This document shows positions 39,533 through 50,298 of a DNA stretch of 64,000 bases, piece by piece. The notes under the pieces are model-generated. The model was not told the origin of the DNA. It worked only from the letters and a program-made list of their open reading frames with translations, and searched no databases. The DNA is taken from assembly GCA_963665235.2 (NCBI GenBank), contig CAXXLX010000001.1:576001-640000 (forward strand). The letters are read 5' to 3'. This DNA is from Candidatus Poribacteria bacterium. GTDB lineage: Bacteria > Poribacteria > WGA-4E > WGA-3G. Each line of letters starts with the position of its first letter. Within the stretch, counting starts at the first letter, position 1. Both the position numbers and the translations under genes were made by a program.

Positions 39533-42298
39533 ATGCAAGATATATCACTTAATTTTCACACCGATTCACTTTTCGCGTTAGCAGATAAAATCAAATCTAG
39601 TGTTGAGGGCCGGATAAGCTGGGGAGATACATTTGGCACTGCACTTGATTTGGAGGGTACGAAACACTTGATTGTCTGGACCCCAAAGCAGACTTCCGAG
39701 GGGCAGTTTCTCCCTGGCTTTGACTCGGCGGATGGACAGCTCGCCTTAAAAATGAAACCACGGCCGGGGGCTTGGGTGTCCTGGATTGATGAGGCGAAAG
39801 TTCACGATGAAGCCCTTGACGATTACGACCGCGTTCACAAAAGCGTTCAGGAGCTCGAACGGAACACACGGCAGATTACCGATTTTGCCGATGGCGTACT
39901 GGCAAATATAACGATTCAACACCTCGGAAAATCGCTGACACTCCCGGAATTGGCTGAAGAGGTCTTAACCGTCCGCTTGCGGATTCCGAATAACATGAAA
40001 GCCGGCGGTTACATACTCGCAAAAACAGCGGATAACGCACGTTCCCGAGCGAAAGTCATTATTCCGGAACAGACCCATATTCACCAGGTACGTTTTAACG
40101 AAGATGTCATGCTTGCTGAAATTGAGAAAGCTGAGTACGATACAGTTTTTGTCGTGCTGCGGACACATATTAGAACGTACCCTGACCTCATCGATTTGGG
40201 ATATAGTTTAAAGCTTCGGGACCGGCTATCCGAAAATAAAACCTCGGAAACAGTACCACCTGTGAGGGTGTTAGCCACTACAGCTATTTACAATCCGCTT
40301 GAGCCGAAGACACTCCGACTCGTCCCCATAGAATTTACGGCACCGATGTCGGACATTGAAGCGGCGATTTCTGAAAGCTTAATCAAAATTGAAACCTATA
40401 TGCTTAAAGCCGGGCAGCATGCCCACCGGTTGATAGAGCAATTTCGACTGGGCGTTGAAAGTCGACTGAGAGTGCTTATGCTGAATCGACAGCAACGCGT
40501 TCACAATAAGGTGTGGGATGACCTCGCTCTACGCGAATTGCGCAATACGGTGGATGCGTTTGTAGATTTCTATGTCCAATATCTGAACGAGCATTTTGAC
40601 GCAGAAGCCACACAGACAACTATAGATGCCCTTAAACAGAGCATCGACCCGATTATAGAACTTTGGCAATTACAGCAGAATCAACAGTTCACCCTTAATC
40701 ACGTCATTCAATCCAGTTATACCTTAGCGAATCAGGTATTAGACAAGGCTTCTGCGCTTTTTCATGACCTCGTTTTTGAAACCGATTTCATCGCAACGGG
40801 GCTCGTCAAGAAGGTTGATTTGGAAATCTATGAGAATGATACCGCCTTAGACGCGCTATATCTGCCGGAGTGGACATCCGGTACCGTGCGAGAAAGGATG
40901 GAACGTATCGGGCTACGTTCAACTTTGCATGCGATGCAAATTGAACGGCTGCGTGCTATTTGGCTGGCTTTTCTTGAAATTGCGAACTTTGCCAGTCAGC
41001 ACAATCAGGATTTCGAAAAGGTTATCCAACCGCTCGTCGAGATACTGTTAGCCGTGAAACCGGCAGTTGCATCTTCCCGAAATAGACAGGCGAACCGTCA
41101 AACGCCACCCAAATTCCCCGGCTTTGAGGTCTCGGAAACGGAGTTTGAAGAACTTTTGACGCACGTCGAACAGAATTACGGGACCGTAAAACAGTGGATT
41201 GAACAAGCCTCGCAAGGGGTTGCCGATAAACTCCAGCCGTATTACACAACGTTGTGGACCTTAGTTTTCAATGGCAAATTGCGAGAGAAGCTCCTTGCTA
41301 ACTTTCAACCGACTTGTGACATCAATCTCAGCGTTCCCGAACAGACGAAACGGTTGATAACCCTTACGTTGGAAAGCCAGCTTGTGGTTGAGTGCGAAAA
41401 GGACCGCAAAACTTTGGAACGCAATTTGAACCGCGCCTTACTAGCGAAAACAGGGTATAGCCTCCGCGAAGTCAACACAGCCGAGATGCTTGCTATTCAC
41501 AGCGATGTTACGCTCGCTTTACTTCGTGAGGAATTGTTACGTTACGATGAAATGTTAACCAAACGTGCGAACCGGCTCGCCAATCCGACACGGAAGGGAA
41601 AAAAGCGGAACCGCTCCCAAACAACAGAAAATGAGAGGGTTAACCCGGAATCCATGCAAGCGGCACAGACGAAGGTGAAAGAGATGATTGCATTCCTGGA
41701 ACCTTATGGACAAACGGAGGTGATTACCACACTTGCCAACGCAGGACTCGCTCACCGTGGAACGGAACTTGAGGAAATTCGCAAACAGCAGGTATTGAGC
41801 TTTGATATCAGTGAGCTCCCAGCGATAGGTGAAACGTGGCTCACCGATGTGAAAACGCTAGCTGATTACCCGAATCTCCGCATGTTTCTACTTCAAAATA
41901 GCCTTCCGATATCAACAACCGGGCGCATTTTGATGGAACTGCGCGGTATTTTGTCCGACTCGCTTTTTGACCAGGTCTTAGCTTTAATTCAGGAGGTCCA
42001 AGCACTTCAGGATAGCGATTATAAGGGCGAACCGCTAGCGCAGTTTGTCGCCTATATATCTGAAAAGTTGTGGCGTTGGGAATTAACGCAGATTACCTCT
42101 GAAGAACTGCCGACTATCGTCAAAGAGAAGGTTTTAGCATCCGTAATCTGTTATGAAAAAGAGGTGGAAACCTTGATGGAGTACGTTGAACGTTATGAAG
42201 AACTGCTACAAACCAAACTGGAGGCTGATTCGGAGATGCGCGGACAACGGGAAACGCTTGAGAACCGATTTCAGGAAATCGTTGAAACCCTTTTATAG
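39533..42298 (+). CDS. Large, mostly helical hypothetical protein (921 aa)
   Basis: Long ORF; no motif recognised. Confidence 0.85.
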   Translation: MQDISLNFHTDSLFALADKIKSSVEGRISWGDTFGTALDLEGTKHLIVWTPKQTSEGQFLPGFDSADGQLALKMKPRPGAWVSWIDEAKVHDEALDDYDRVHKSVQELERNTRQITDFADGVLANITIQHLGKSLTLPELAEEVLTVRLRIPNNMKAGGYILAKTADNARSRAKVIIPEQTHIHQVRFNEDVMLAEIEKAEYDTVFVVLRTHIRTYPDLIDLGYSLKLRDRLSENKTSETVPPVRVLATTAIYNPLEPKTLRLVPIEFTAPMSDIEAAISESLIKIETYMLKAGQHAHRLIEQFRLGVESRLRVLMLNRQQRVHNKVWDDLALRELRNTVDAFVDFYVQYLNEHFDAEATQTTIDALKQSIDPIIELWQLQQNQQFTLNHVIQSSYTLANQVLDKASALFHDLVFETDFIATGLVKKVDLEIYENDTALDALYLPEWTSGTVRERMERIGLRSTLHAMQIERLRAIWLAFLEIANFASQHNQDFEKVIQPLVEILLAVKPAVASSRNRQANRQTPPKFPGFEVSETEFEELLTHVEQNYGTVKQWIEQASQGVADKLQPYYTTLWTLVFNGKLREKLLANFQPTCDINLSVPEQTKRLITLTLESQLVVECEKDRKTLERNLNRALLAKTGYSLREVNTAEMLAIHSDVTLALLREELLRYDEMLTKRANRLANPTRKGKKRNRSQTTENERVNPESMQAAQTKVKEMIAFLEPYGQTEVITTLANAGLAHRGTELEEIRKQQVLSFDISELPAIGETWLTDVKTLADYPNLRMFLLQNSLPISTTGRILMELRGILSDSLFDQVLALIQEVQALQDSDYKGEPLAQFVAYISEKLWRWELTQITSEELPTIVKEKVLASVICYEKEVETLMEYVERYEELLQTKLEADSEMRGQRETLENRFQEIVETLL

Positions 42299-42306
42299 GA
42301 GATAAT

Positions 42307-43197
42307 ATGAAAATAGCATTATTCGGGTCTGGTCAGTTAGCACGGACGGTTGCGTGGAACCTTTGTCATTTAGAGGTGGTCCGGGAGGTTGTCTACTACA
42401 CGGGGACGCAGTCCAACGTAAACTTTGCCAACCGGGTTGAAGATATTACCTTAGCGACAGCCTTAAGCGCGGATGATACTACGGTTTCAGTCACCAACAC
42501 CAGCGAAGGGCTAGCCGATTCGGACGTTGTTGTGCTGCTACCGACCGGCGGTCCCGCTGGTTTCCGTTCAAAACAGGTATTGCAAACAACGACGCTTGCA
42601 AGTGTTCGCCGGGTTGTGCCGAGTCTTCAAGAATATGCGGCTGATGCGAAAATCCTAGTTGCAACACCGCGCGCGAACGCTGTTGCAGCATGGATACATC
42701 AAAACCTTGAGACAGCGAAGGTTATCGGACTTTCAAATAGCGGTGCGACAGCGTATCTGAAATCTGAAATTGCACGGCAGCTCGGACTTTCAGTGAAAGA
42801 TGTCGCCGCGTTGACAATCGGAAATGATGAGGTCATGCATCCGTTACCGCAATATTGTCGGGTTAACGGCATTCCGCTGACGCAACTGATGTCGGAATCT
42901 GACATCCAAAGCCTCTCTGAAGCGGTCGTGGCGCGATGCTCAAATAGGACAGAAATAGGCGAATATACGTTGGCGACTCATATCCACCAAGTTGTATCCG
43001 CAATCGGTTTTGATAAAAAGCGGGTGATGAGCGTAGGGGCACGTGTTTCAACGGATACCGCATCGGTTTTTCTGAACGTCCCATCAAAAATCGGCAGCGA
43101 TGGGGTAGAGAGCATCGTGCCGTTAGAATTGACAGCAGCGCAACGTGAACAGTTTACGCAGCTTGTCGCCCAAAGTGCTGTCGAGCAAACTCTATGA
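42307..43197 (+). CDS. Malate/lactate dehydrogenase-fold protein with degenerate active site
   Basis: MKIALFGSG, DSDVVV, VNGIPL, DKKRVMS, VPSKIG.DGVE. Confidence 0.8.
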   Translation: MKIALFGSGQLARTVAWNLCHLEVVREVVYYTGTQSNVNFANRVEDITLATALSADDTTVSVTNTSEGLADSDVVVLLPTGGPAGFRSKQVLQTTTLASVRRVVPSLQEYAADAKILVATPRANAVAAWIHQNLETAKVIGLSNSGATAYLKSEIARQLGLSVKDVAALTIGNDEVMHPLPQYCRVNGIPLTQLMSESDIQSLSEAVVARCSNRTEIGEYTLATHIHQVVSAIGFDKKRVMSVGARVSTDTASVFLNVPSKIGSDGVESIVPLELTAAQREQFTQLVAQSAVEQTL

Positions 43198-43249
43198 TGA
43201 GCTAAGACATATCTGATAACTGACAGCACAGCGGACCGGACCTACGACT

Positions 43250-44362
43250 ATGAGAGAGATATATAGAAAAATCCCTGAATTGATTGAATCTGCTGAAGTG
43301 GGGGCGTACTGCACCGTTGTAGAAACGAAGGGCTCTACGCCGCAGAAGCCCGGTGCGAAGTTGTTAATCCTGCCGGACTTACGCAATATCGGTACGCTCG
43401 GCGGCGGTTGTGTGGAGGCGGAGGCGCGCAGACAAGCTATCGGACTGATGCAAGGCGGTATGCCGCGCCTGCTTGAGTTCCAATTGGATAGCGATTACGG
43501 CTGGGACGATGGACTTATCTGCGGTGGAAATATGAAAATCTTCATCGATTTGCCGAAAACACCCGGGGAATCGAAGATGTTCACCCGCCTCCAACAACTG
43601 AACGCCGACAAGATACCGCTTATTTGTGCTACAGTTGTCAACAGTGCACAACCCGACGTGGCGGTCGGCATGAAGATGATTTTCGCGACCAATGGAGAAC
43701 GTATCGGGACGTTGGGCAATTCGACGTTGGAAGCGGAGGTGGAAACGCAAGTGCCCGATATTCTCGCGAAAAACCGGGCACACCTATTTCGGAAGAACGA
43801 AATGACCGCTGTTTTTCTGGAACCCCTTCAACCGAGACCGACGCTGCTTATTGCTGGGGCAGGGCACGTCGGACAAGCCCTCTGCCACCTCGGCAACTGG
43901 CTAGATTTTGATATCGCTATCGTCGATGATAGGGTAGACTTTGCCTCAGCCGACCGGTTACCTGAAGCGGACGAAATTATCATCGGAGACATCGCCGAAG
44001 AACTCCGAAAATATCCCATTAACCATCTAACATACGTAGTTATTGTCACGCGGGGGCATCAGCACGATGAATCTGCGCTACATAGCGTCGTTGAATCGGA
44101 CGCACGGTACATCGGACTCATCGGGAGTCGTAGGAAAATAAAACTCATCTTTGACGATTTACTAGAGGTCGGTATCCCATTAGAGAAGCTCAAGCGGGTT
44201 TACGCACCCATCGGTTTAGATATTAATTCCAAAACCGTACCAGAGATAGCGGTCAGCATCGCTTCACAGTTGATTCAGGTACGCAACGGGACGGAAACAG
44301 TGCAATCTGATGAACAGCGTGAAACCCGACACCCCGCACAAATGCCTACTATTAAACTGTAG
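43250..44362 (+). CDS. XdhC/CoxI family molybdoenzyme accessory protein
   Basis: GSTPQKPGA, GTLGGGCVE, CGG, GAGHV, TRGH, IGLIGSRRK. Confidence 0.93.
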   Translation: MREIYRKIPELIESAEVGAYCTVVETKGSTPQKPGAKLLILPDLRNIGTLGGGCVEAEARRQAIGLMQGGMPRLLEFQLDSDYGWDDGLICGGNMKIFIDLPKTPGESKMFTRLQQLNADKIPLICATVVNSAQPDVAVGMKMIFATNGERIGTLGNSTLEAEVETQVPDILAKNRAHLFRKNEMTAVFLEPLQPRPTLLIAGAGHVGQALCHLGNWLDFDIAIVDDRVDFASADRLPEADEIIIGDIAEELRKYPINHLTYVVIVTRGHQHDESALHSVVESDARYIGLIGSRRKIKLIFDDLLEVGIPLEKLKRVYAPIGLDINSKTVPEIAVSIASQLIQVRNGTETVQSDEQRETRHPAQMPTIKL

Positions 44363-44410
44363 GTTGGTTGCCTGCAAGAAAACCCGAAAATACGTTCACG
44401 GAGGATTGAC

Positions 44411-44752
44411 ATGAACCTTATTAGTTTAGAGGAAAACAGGTCTTATACGCTTGCTGAAGTCGTCGCGCTTGTGCAGAAAACACTTGACAGTGTACAGCAA
44501 ACATCTGAGCATTGTCCCCTCCGGTACACACCGACAGATGTCTATTGGTTGTTACATGACATGCTGAGGTATGTGAATCGGAACGTCCCCGGCGAGTTTT
44601 CCCTGCGTCGACTGAAAAGAGGCACCTATCGAGTGGAATACAAGACTGAAAAGACGGGGAGACAGAAAGCGAAGCGGAAACTTAAGGCGGATGTTGAGCG
44701 AACCTCAGCGTATTTACAGGAATTGACAGGACGCAAACCCCCACGGGGCTAA
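44411..44752 (+). CDS. Hypothetical protein
   Basis: GGAGG RBS, 113-aa ORF. Confidence 0.7.
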   Translation: MNLISLEENRSYTLAEVVALVQKTLDSVQQTSEHCPLRYTPTDVYWLLHDMLRYVNRNVPGEFSLRRLKRGTYRVEYKTEKTGRQKAKRKLKADVERTSAYLQELTGRKPPRG

Positions 44753-44765
44753 AAGGAGATTTATT

Positions 44766-45662
44766 GTGAGTCAAGAATCACAGATAACAGTTGAAGATAT
44801 TGAGATGTCGGTAGACGCATTAGATGCCGAAAAGGCTGCAAGCATTTTTGAGGAACACGGATGCCTTGTCGTGCGTGGATTGATGAAACCGTATATTGCG
44901 GCACTTCACAAAGATATTGAGGCTGCCGCAGCTGAATCGCTAGCACTGCTTGACGAGGCACAACAGATTGTGGAGGGGTGGCGGACACCAAACGGTACAC
45001 TGTTCCTCCCCGCACCATCGGGTTACGAACGCGATAAGCAGATTATGGTTTTAGCAGTAAACTATCAGACGAGCGCGGCGTTTTTTCAGTCCGCTTTCGA
45101 TGAAAGGACGATTCGCATTGTGGAGGCAATATTGGGACCGAACGTTGAAATCTTCGGAAATGGCCAGTGCCTCTATAAAGAGCCGGTCGGCGGGCATCCG
45201 AAACATCTCCATCAGGATTCAGCATACTTTGAGCATCGATATCAGGGGCCGGTCGGTATCTTGAACTACGTCGTAGATACGGATCTTGTAAACGGCGCGT
45301 TACACGTCGTGCCGGGGTCGCATCGGCTCGGGCAGCTCAAGCATATTGATACGTTTTCGCACCTCGGTTTAGCAGAAGATGAGTGGCCGTGGGAAAGCTC
45401 GCTTCCAGTTATAGGCAAAGCGGGAGATTCTATCTTTTTTAATGTCAAGACAGTTCACGGGTCTAAACAGAATATGTCGGACAAACCGCGGCCTGTTTTC
45501 ATCAATCGGTACCGCCGAACAGATGACTTCGTGATAATTGGTGGCACAACGACAGCCAATCGGGCGGAGGCAGAGAAACGTGCTGCGGCAGCGGAAGAAG
45601 CGAAGAAGGCTAATAGTGACCGGGGGTTGATGGTGCGTGGGTTCCGCCCCTATTCTGCCTAA
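44766..45662 (+). CDS. Phytanoyl-CoA dioxygenase (PhyH) family protein
   Basis: HQD, NGALHVVPGSH, HGS..N. Confidence 0.92.
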   Translation: MSQESQITVEDIEMSVDALDAEKAASIFEEHGCLVVRGLMKPYIAALHKDIEAAAAESLALLDEAQQIVEGWRTPNGTLFLPAPSGYERDKQIMVLAVNYQTSAAFFQSAFDERTIRIVEAILGPNVEIFGNGQCLYKEPVGGHPKHLHQDSAYFEHRYQGPVGILNYVVDTDLVNGALHVVPGSHRLGQLKHIDTFSHLGLAEDEWPWESSLPVIGKAGDSIFFNVKTVHGSKQNMSDKPRPVFINRYRRTDDFVIIGGTTTANRAEAEKRAAAAEEAKKANSDRGLMVRGFRPYSA

Positions 45663-46247
45663 TCTTATGTAGGAGCGTGCTGTGCACGCGACCATAAGCA
45701 ATCTTATGTAGGAGGCGTGCTTCGCACGCGACCATAAGCAATCTCTTGTAGGAGCGTGCTTCGCACGCGACCATAAGCAATCTTATGTAGGAGGCGTGCT
45801 GTGCACGCGACCATAAGCAATCTCTTGTAGGAGCGTGCTTCGCACGCGACCATAAGCAATCTCTTGTAGGAGGCGTGCTGTGCACGCGACCATAAGCAAT
45901 CTCTTGTAGGAGCGTGCTTCGCACGCGACCATAAGCAATCTCTTGTAGGAGCGTGCTTCGCACGCGACCATAAGCAATCTTATGTAGGACGCGACCATAA
46001 GCGTGCTGCTTCGCACGCGACCATAAGCAATCTCTTGTAGGAGCGTGCTTCGCACGCGACCATAAGCAATCTCTTGTAGGAGCGTGCTTCGCACGCGACC
46101 ATAAGCAATCTCTTGTAGGAGCGTGCTTCGCACGCGACCATAAGCAATCTCTTGTAGGAGCGTGCTTCGCACGCGACCATAAGCAATCTCTTGTAGGAGC
46201 GTGCTTCGCACGCGACCCTCTAATTTGCCTTGTTAACACAGTAAGGT
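45662..46247. repeat. About 14 tandem 39-40-bp GTAG REP units, probably within a MITE
   Basis: Unit GTAGGAGCGTGCTTCGCACGCGACCATAAGCAATCTCTT; CTA at 45659-45661 and 46248-46250. Confidence 0.9.
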
Positions 46248-47300
46248 CTACTTATCACTCTTCAGCACTCCCCACTGCACTTTTTTTTGGTTTCCGTGTG
46301 GTTGGACGGGTAGCACATCATCACTAATCCAATCCAATATTCCATCCTTGCCCGGGTGGTTTGTGAGCCGCGTTCTCACACGTGTCCGAATATGATACTT
46401 ATAGATATTGGCCGGTGGGAACACAAAACCGCGCAAGATCGGTTCGTTCAATGGGATACCGCGATATGCACTGAAAACAACCGATTCACCATCATCCATC
46501 CAGTCAATACTGATCGGGCGCCAGTCTTTCGGTATTTGTAATTGTTTGATGTGCTCGCCGTTGCGATCACAAATCATATACCGATGCGCTTTGTATATCA
46601 GTGCAGTCCCTAGATTCGGTATCCGCTCCCAGGTATACTCATTTTGTGTAAACACAATTTTTTTACCATCCGGAGACCAACGCTGTTTCCATCGGTGAAT
46701 AACCACTGGCCCCCCAACAGGTTCCGGTATGAGTGGACGGGGGTTCTGTCCACCCGAACCCATTATCCAAATCGTATTCCCACCGCCACCTACCTCCACT
46801 GGTTTTGAGAAAATAATATGTTTACCATCCGGAGACCAATCACAGTAGCCTGCGTTAATATTCGCTATTTCTTTCATCTTCCCTGTCTCAATATTCAACA
46901 CGGTGATACCGTATTTCTCCTTGTTGTCTACCCGAACTATCCTATCAAATACGATAGATTTGCCATCCGGGGAAAATGAAACTTTACCGACATAACTATC
47001 ATCGTCTTCTGTGAGTTGCCGGATATTCGTGCCGTCCGCATTCATTAAGAAAACTACCCGTTTCCCGTTTATTCTCACGCGGCTCTTAAACGCAATCTGT
47101 TTACTGTCAGGGGACCAGCAACTGGGATATGGTTGCAAATCTTCGGATTTGGTGAGAAGCGTCTGGTTGCTACCATCATCATCCATTACATAGACCCCTC
47201 TCACACCTTCACGGGTGGAGCCAAAAACAATTTTGGCAGATGCGCTAGTTGATATAAGCAGGAGCAGCACACAAAACAAACAGGCTTTTCGTCCAAACAT
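46248..47300 (-). CDS. Secreted TolB-like (PD40/WD40) beta-propeller protein
   Basis: Signal peptide, WSPDG repeats, C-terminal LPVQP...QWGVLK. Confidence 0.88.
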   Translation of the reverse strand: MFGRKACLFCVLLLLISTSASAKIVFGSTREGVRGVYVMDDDGSNQTLLTKSEDLQPYPSCWSPDSKQIAFKSRVRINGKRVVFLMNADGTNIRQLTEDDDSYVGKVSFSPDGKSIVFDRIVRVDNKEKYGITVLNIETGKMKEIANINAGYCDWSPDGKHIIFSKPVEVGGGGNTIWIMGSGGQNPRPLIPEPVGGPVVIHRWKQRWSPDGKKIVFTQNEYTWERIPNLGTALIYKAHRYMICDRNGEHIKQLQIPKDWRPISIDWMDDGESVVFSAYRGIPLNEPILRGFVFPPANIYKYHIRTRVRTRLTNHPGKDGILDWISDDVLPVQPHGNQKKVQWGVLKSDK

Positions 47301-47354
47301 GGTTATTCTCCTCATGAGAATGGCAGGGGAATATATCCCCTGCCGTTAAACGGG

Positions 47355-47504
47355 TTATGGATTGTCCATTGAAGTAAACGTGTTTGTGCTGTCCACGTGC
47401 CTGTGGTCTAAACCCGTTAAACCCGTTTCCAGGTGGATGTGGGCATTTAACTTATACGAATCCCCACCGTCGATTGGTCCACCGACAGGAAAATTGAGAA
47501 TCAT
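47355..47504 (-). CDS. 49-aa ORF, possibly a gene remnant
   Basis: ATG abuts the DUF420 stop; MILNFPVGGP...MDNP; followed by hairpin GGCAGGGGA-TATAT-TCCCCTGCC. Confidence 0.3.
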   Translation of the reverse strand: MILNFPVGGPIDGGDSYKLNAHIHLETGLTGLDHRHVDSTNTFTSMDNP

Positions 47505-47924
47505 TTAACCTAATTGATACAACATCAGATAGATAAGCACACCTGTTACGGACACATATAACCAAATCGGAAAGGTAATCTTTGCGATACGCCGATGGGC
47601 ATCGAACCGTTCTCGCCAGGCAAGGTAGAGGGTGCGTAATGCAAGCGGCACTATCGCGAACGCCAAAATAATATGCGAAATCAGAATCGTAAAGTAGACA
47701 GGTCGCAGCCAGCCTTGCTGTGTAAACGGTTTCGAGCCTGCATTGGCGTGATAGATAACATAGCAGACGAGGAAAAGCACAGAAACAGCAAATGCGGCTA
47801 GCATGCAGTTTTTATGGGCGGCAATTTTTCGCTGCCGAATTAGCACATATCCGATTGTCAATAGGATACCGCTGATTGTGTTCAGCGTTGCATTGACAGT
47901 CGGCAGGTCTGAAATCTCAAGCAT
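47505..47924 (-). CDS. DUF420 family membrane protein
   Basis: LPTVNATLN, HKNCM, ILISHIILA, HRRIAK..FPIWLYVSVTG. Confidence 0.92.
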   Translation of the reverse strand: MLEISDLPTVNATLNTISGILLTIGYVLIRQRKIAAHKNCMLAAFAVSVLFLVCYVIYHANAGSKPFTQQGWLRPVYFTILISHIILAFAIVPLALRTLYLAWRERFDAHRRIAKITFPIWLYVSVTGVLIYLMLYQLG

Positions 47925-47940
47925 GTTTTCTCCTAATATA

Positions 47941-48092
47941 ACCTAAGTTGCCACATAGTAGCATAATCTTCCAGATTGTGCATATTTGTGTGCAAACTAA
48001 AAGTGGACGCTACAAATATTACCTAATTATCAGCATATTTTCATTAAAGCCGGTGTTTCTAGGTCTAAAAACTTATAAGCAGCAACTTGGGT
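47941..48092. mobile_element. 152-bp MITE family A
   Basis: Nearly identical to 36439-36590; 7-bp TSD TAATATA. Confidence 0.88.
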
Positions 48093-48138
48093 TAATATAG
48101 CTGCTACCAACGGGCGAGGAAACCTCGCCCCTACAAGC

Positions 48139-49049
48139 CTACCAGGGCCATCGATAGGCTTGCGCGCCTTTAGAATTTTCTAACGCAAATTCCCACCGTT
48201 TACACCATGTTTCATAATCGGTCTGACAGGCTTCTGGCCGCATACGGCTCCGCATCAGGAATGCAGGGTAGTAGGGCCTTCCTGTCGGTTGATAAACGTC
48301 GTGATACCGGAGGTCGAAACTCCATCGGACGGTCTTCGATTCGTTCGGTTTTGCGCTGTGGAGCGTGTAATTGTGGAACAGAATAACCCCACCTGCCTCT
48401 ATTGTGGAACAGAATAACCCCACCTGCCTCGTATCGGCAGTGCTTTCGGTGTGAGGTTCGGGGGTTGATGTTCAGGAGGTACCAGCAATCCTCCCTCCCC
48501 CCAAGCATGTGTGAACAATCCCATCTTATGACTGCCCGGTAGCACTTGTAAACATCCGTTCTCCAACGTTGCGTCCACAATCGGTATCCAGATAGTTAGC
48601 ATGAAATACGGGTCGGTATCGGGCCAGCAGACCCCTGCGTCCTGGTGCCACGGTGTGGGGTCTCGTTGCGATTCCTGTCTTGGCAACACCGCGCGGATAT
48701 GCTGAATCGGGTTGCACACAATCTCGGGCCCGACGAAGGATTCAGCGATGTCGAGGATTTTCGGATTTTTGAGAAAATTAAACGTCGCTTCACCGCGTGC
48801 CCGCATAATATCCAAATCTGCTGTCACCTGTGGGGCTTCAATGGCGAGGTGAAACAATCGCTCCGTGAACGGTTTATCGGCATGGATGTCGGTAACCTTT
48901 CCCTCCTTGTACAACCTTTCAGCACGTTCAGCGATAATTCCGGTGTATTCCTCAATGACGGGCCCCAAGTCATTTTCATTTAATACCTCTTCAAGCAGTA
49001 GAAACCCGTTGTCGTGGAAGCGGGAGACTTCAGATTCAGTTAACCGCAT
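48139..49049 (-). pseudogene. PhyH family dioxygenase frameshifted by a ~31-bp tandem duplication
   Basis: WHQD, NGCLQVLPGSH; duplication at 48370-48430; continuation LHSAKPN...RWSFDLRY in another frame. Confidence 0.82.
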
Positions 49050-49065
49050 AATCGTCCTCCTTGCG

Positions 49066-50037
49066 TTATGTGAGCGCGAATAACAGTGCCGCGTTTTCTC
49101 CAAAGATGCGTGTGCGCGCCGTATCCGGAATATCCATCGCCTCGATTAACCCGACAAACCTCGGCATATCGACCCATGGGTGGTCTGTCCCGAAAAGCAG
49201 CCGATGCTCGCCAATGAACTGATACGCGTAGTGCAGTGCTTGTAGGGACGGAGATACGGTGTCCAGATAGATGTGCTGTAGATACGCGCTTGGGGGTTGC
49301 GTAATGTGTTCCCGTGCTCTGCCCAACACCTCGGTTTGATGGTCAATTCTGCCGCTCATGTAGGGCAGAATCCCGCCGACGTGTGGCATTACGATTTGTA
49401 AGTTTGGGTGCCGTTCAAGGATTCCGCTCAAAATCAATCGCAAGAGTGCAAAGCTGCTATCTACCTGTAATCCCATCATACCAATCATCCAGTGGTCTTT
49501 GATTGCTGTCCCCCACGTCGGAACGGTAGGGTGCATGACAATCGGTATCCGCAGTGCTTCGGCATGAGCATAAACAGGCTCAAAGTGCGGAGCGTCGACC
49601 GGTTCACCGCCGATATGTGAATAGAGCATTATCCCACGGAATCCGAGTGTTTTCACGCGATTCATTTCGGGTATCGCCTCATCAGGATTTTGCCACGGTA
49701 GGCATGCCAATCCTGCGAATCGGTGTCGGTGCGCGTCTACCAATTCGGCAATAGCATTGTTAATCGCCTGCGCGCCTTTGAGTCCCAATTCAGGTGTGAG
49801 CATACACGGTGGCGGTATATTCGTGCTGAGCAGTGCCATATCAATTCCTGCTTCGTCCATATCCTTAAGTTTCCGCATTGGGTCGTAGGCTTCGTCCCGG
49901 AGTCGAAATTGTTGGACATCGCCGTAGGTAACAACAGCCTCACCGCCACTGCGGATTACCTGTGGTGGCTGCGGATTTTGAGCGAGGATGTCTATATAGG
50001 CGTTTGGAAATACGTGGCTTTGGCAATCAATTCGCAT
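49066..50037 (-). CDS. Amidohydrolase_2 family protein (ACMSD-like)
   Basis: IDCQSH, MHP, PHVGG, FGTDHP. Confidence 0.9.
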   Translation of the reverse strand: MRIDCQSHVFPNAYIDILAQNPQPPQVIRSGGEAVVTYGDVQQFRLRDEAYDPMRKLKDMDEAGIDMALLSTNIPPPCMLTPELGLKGAQAINNAIAELVDAHRHRFAGLACLPWQNPDEAIPEMNRVKTLGFRGIMLYSHIGGEPVDAPHFEPVYAHAEALRIPIVMHPTVPTWGTAIKDHWMIGMMGLQVDSSFALLRLILSGILERHPNLQIVMPHVGGILPYMSGRIDHQTEVLGRAREHITQPPSAYLQHIYLDTVSPSLQALHYAYQFIGEHRLLFGTDHPWVDMPRFVGLIEAMDIPDTARTRIFGENAALLFALT

Positions 50038-50083
50038 TGGACTCTCGACGGCATGCGGCGCGCGCCTACTACCTTTAAAGACC

Positions 50084-50195
50084 AGGACTTACGCAGCGCG
50101 TTGATAAACCCTAATGATAGTGGGAGCTAGAGCGAGACCTAGCGGGCGGGGAGCCCCCGCCCCTACGAGATTTCTGCTAAATTTGCGTAAGTCCT
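50084..50195. mobile_element. MITE with AGGACTTACGCA/TGCGTAAGTCCT ends carrying a GTAG REP hairpin
   Basis: 12-bp perfect TIR; AAAGAC on both flanks; internal GGGCGGGGAGCCCCCGCCCCTAC. Confidence 0.8.
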
Positions 50196-50298
50196 AAAGA
50201 CGTTTGATATATCTCTACTATTATGCCATACATTGCGTTTTTCTTCAATGTCTTTTTTTGGAACAAAAACTTTACACACCCTATTCTTAATTTTTTTC

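Noticed and set aside
45610-46239. Repetitive ORFs (209, 142 and 68 aa) or a CRISPR array
   Set aside because: The ORFs are translations of a 39-bp REP array, and there are no spacers.
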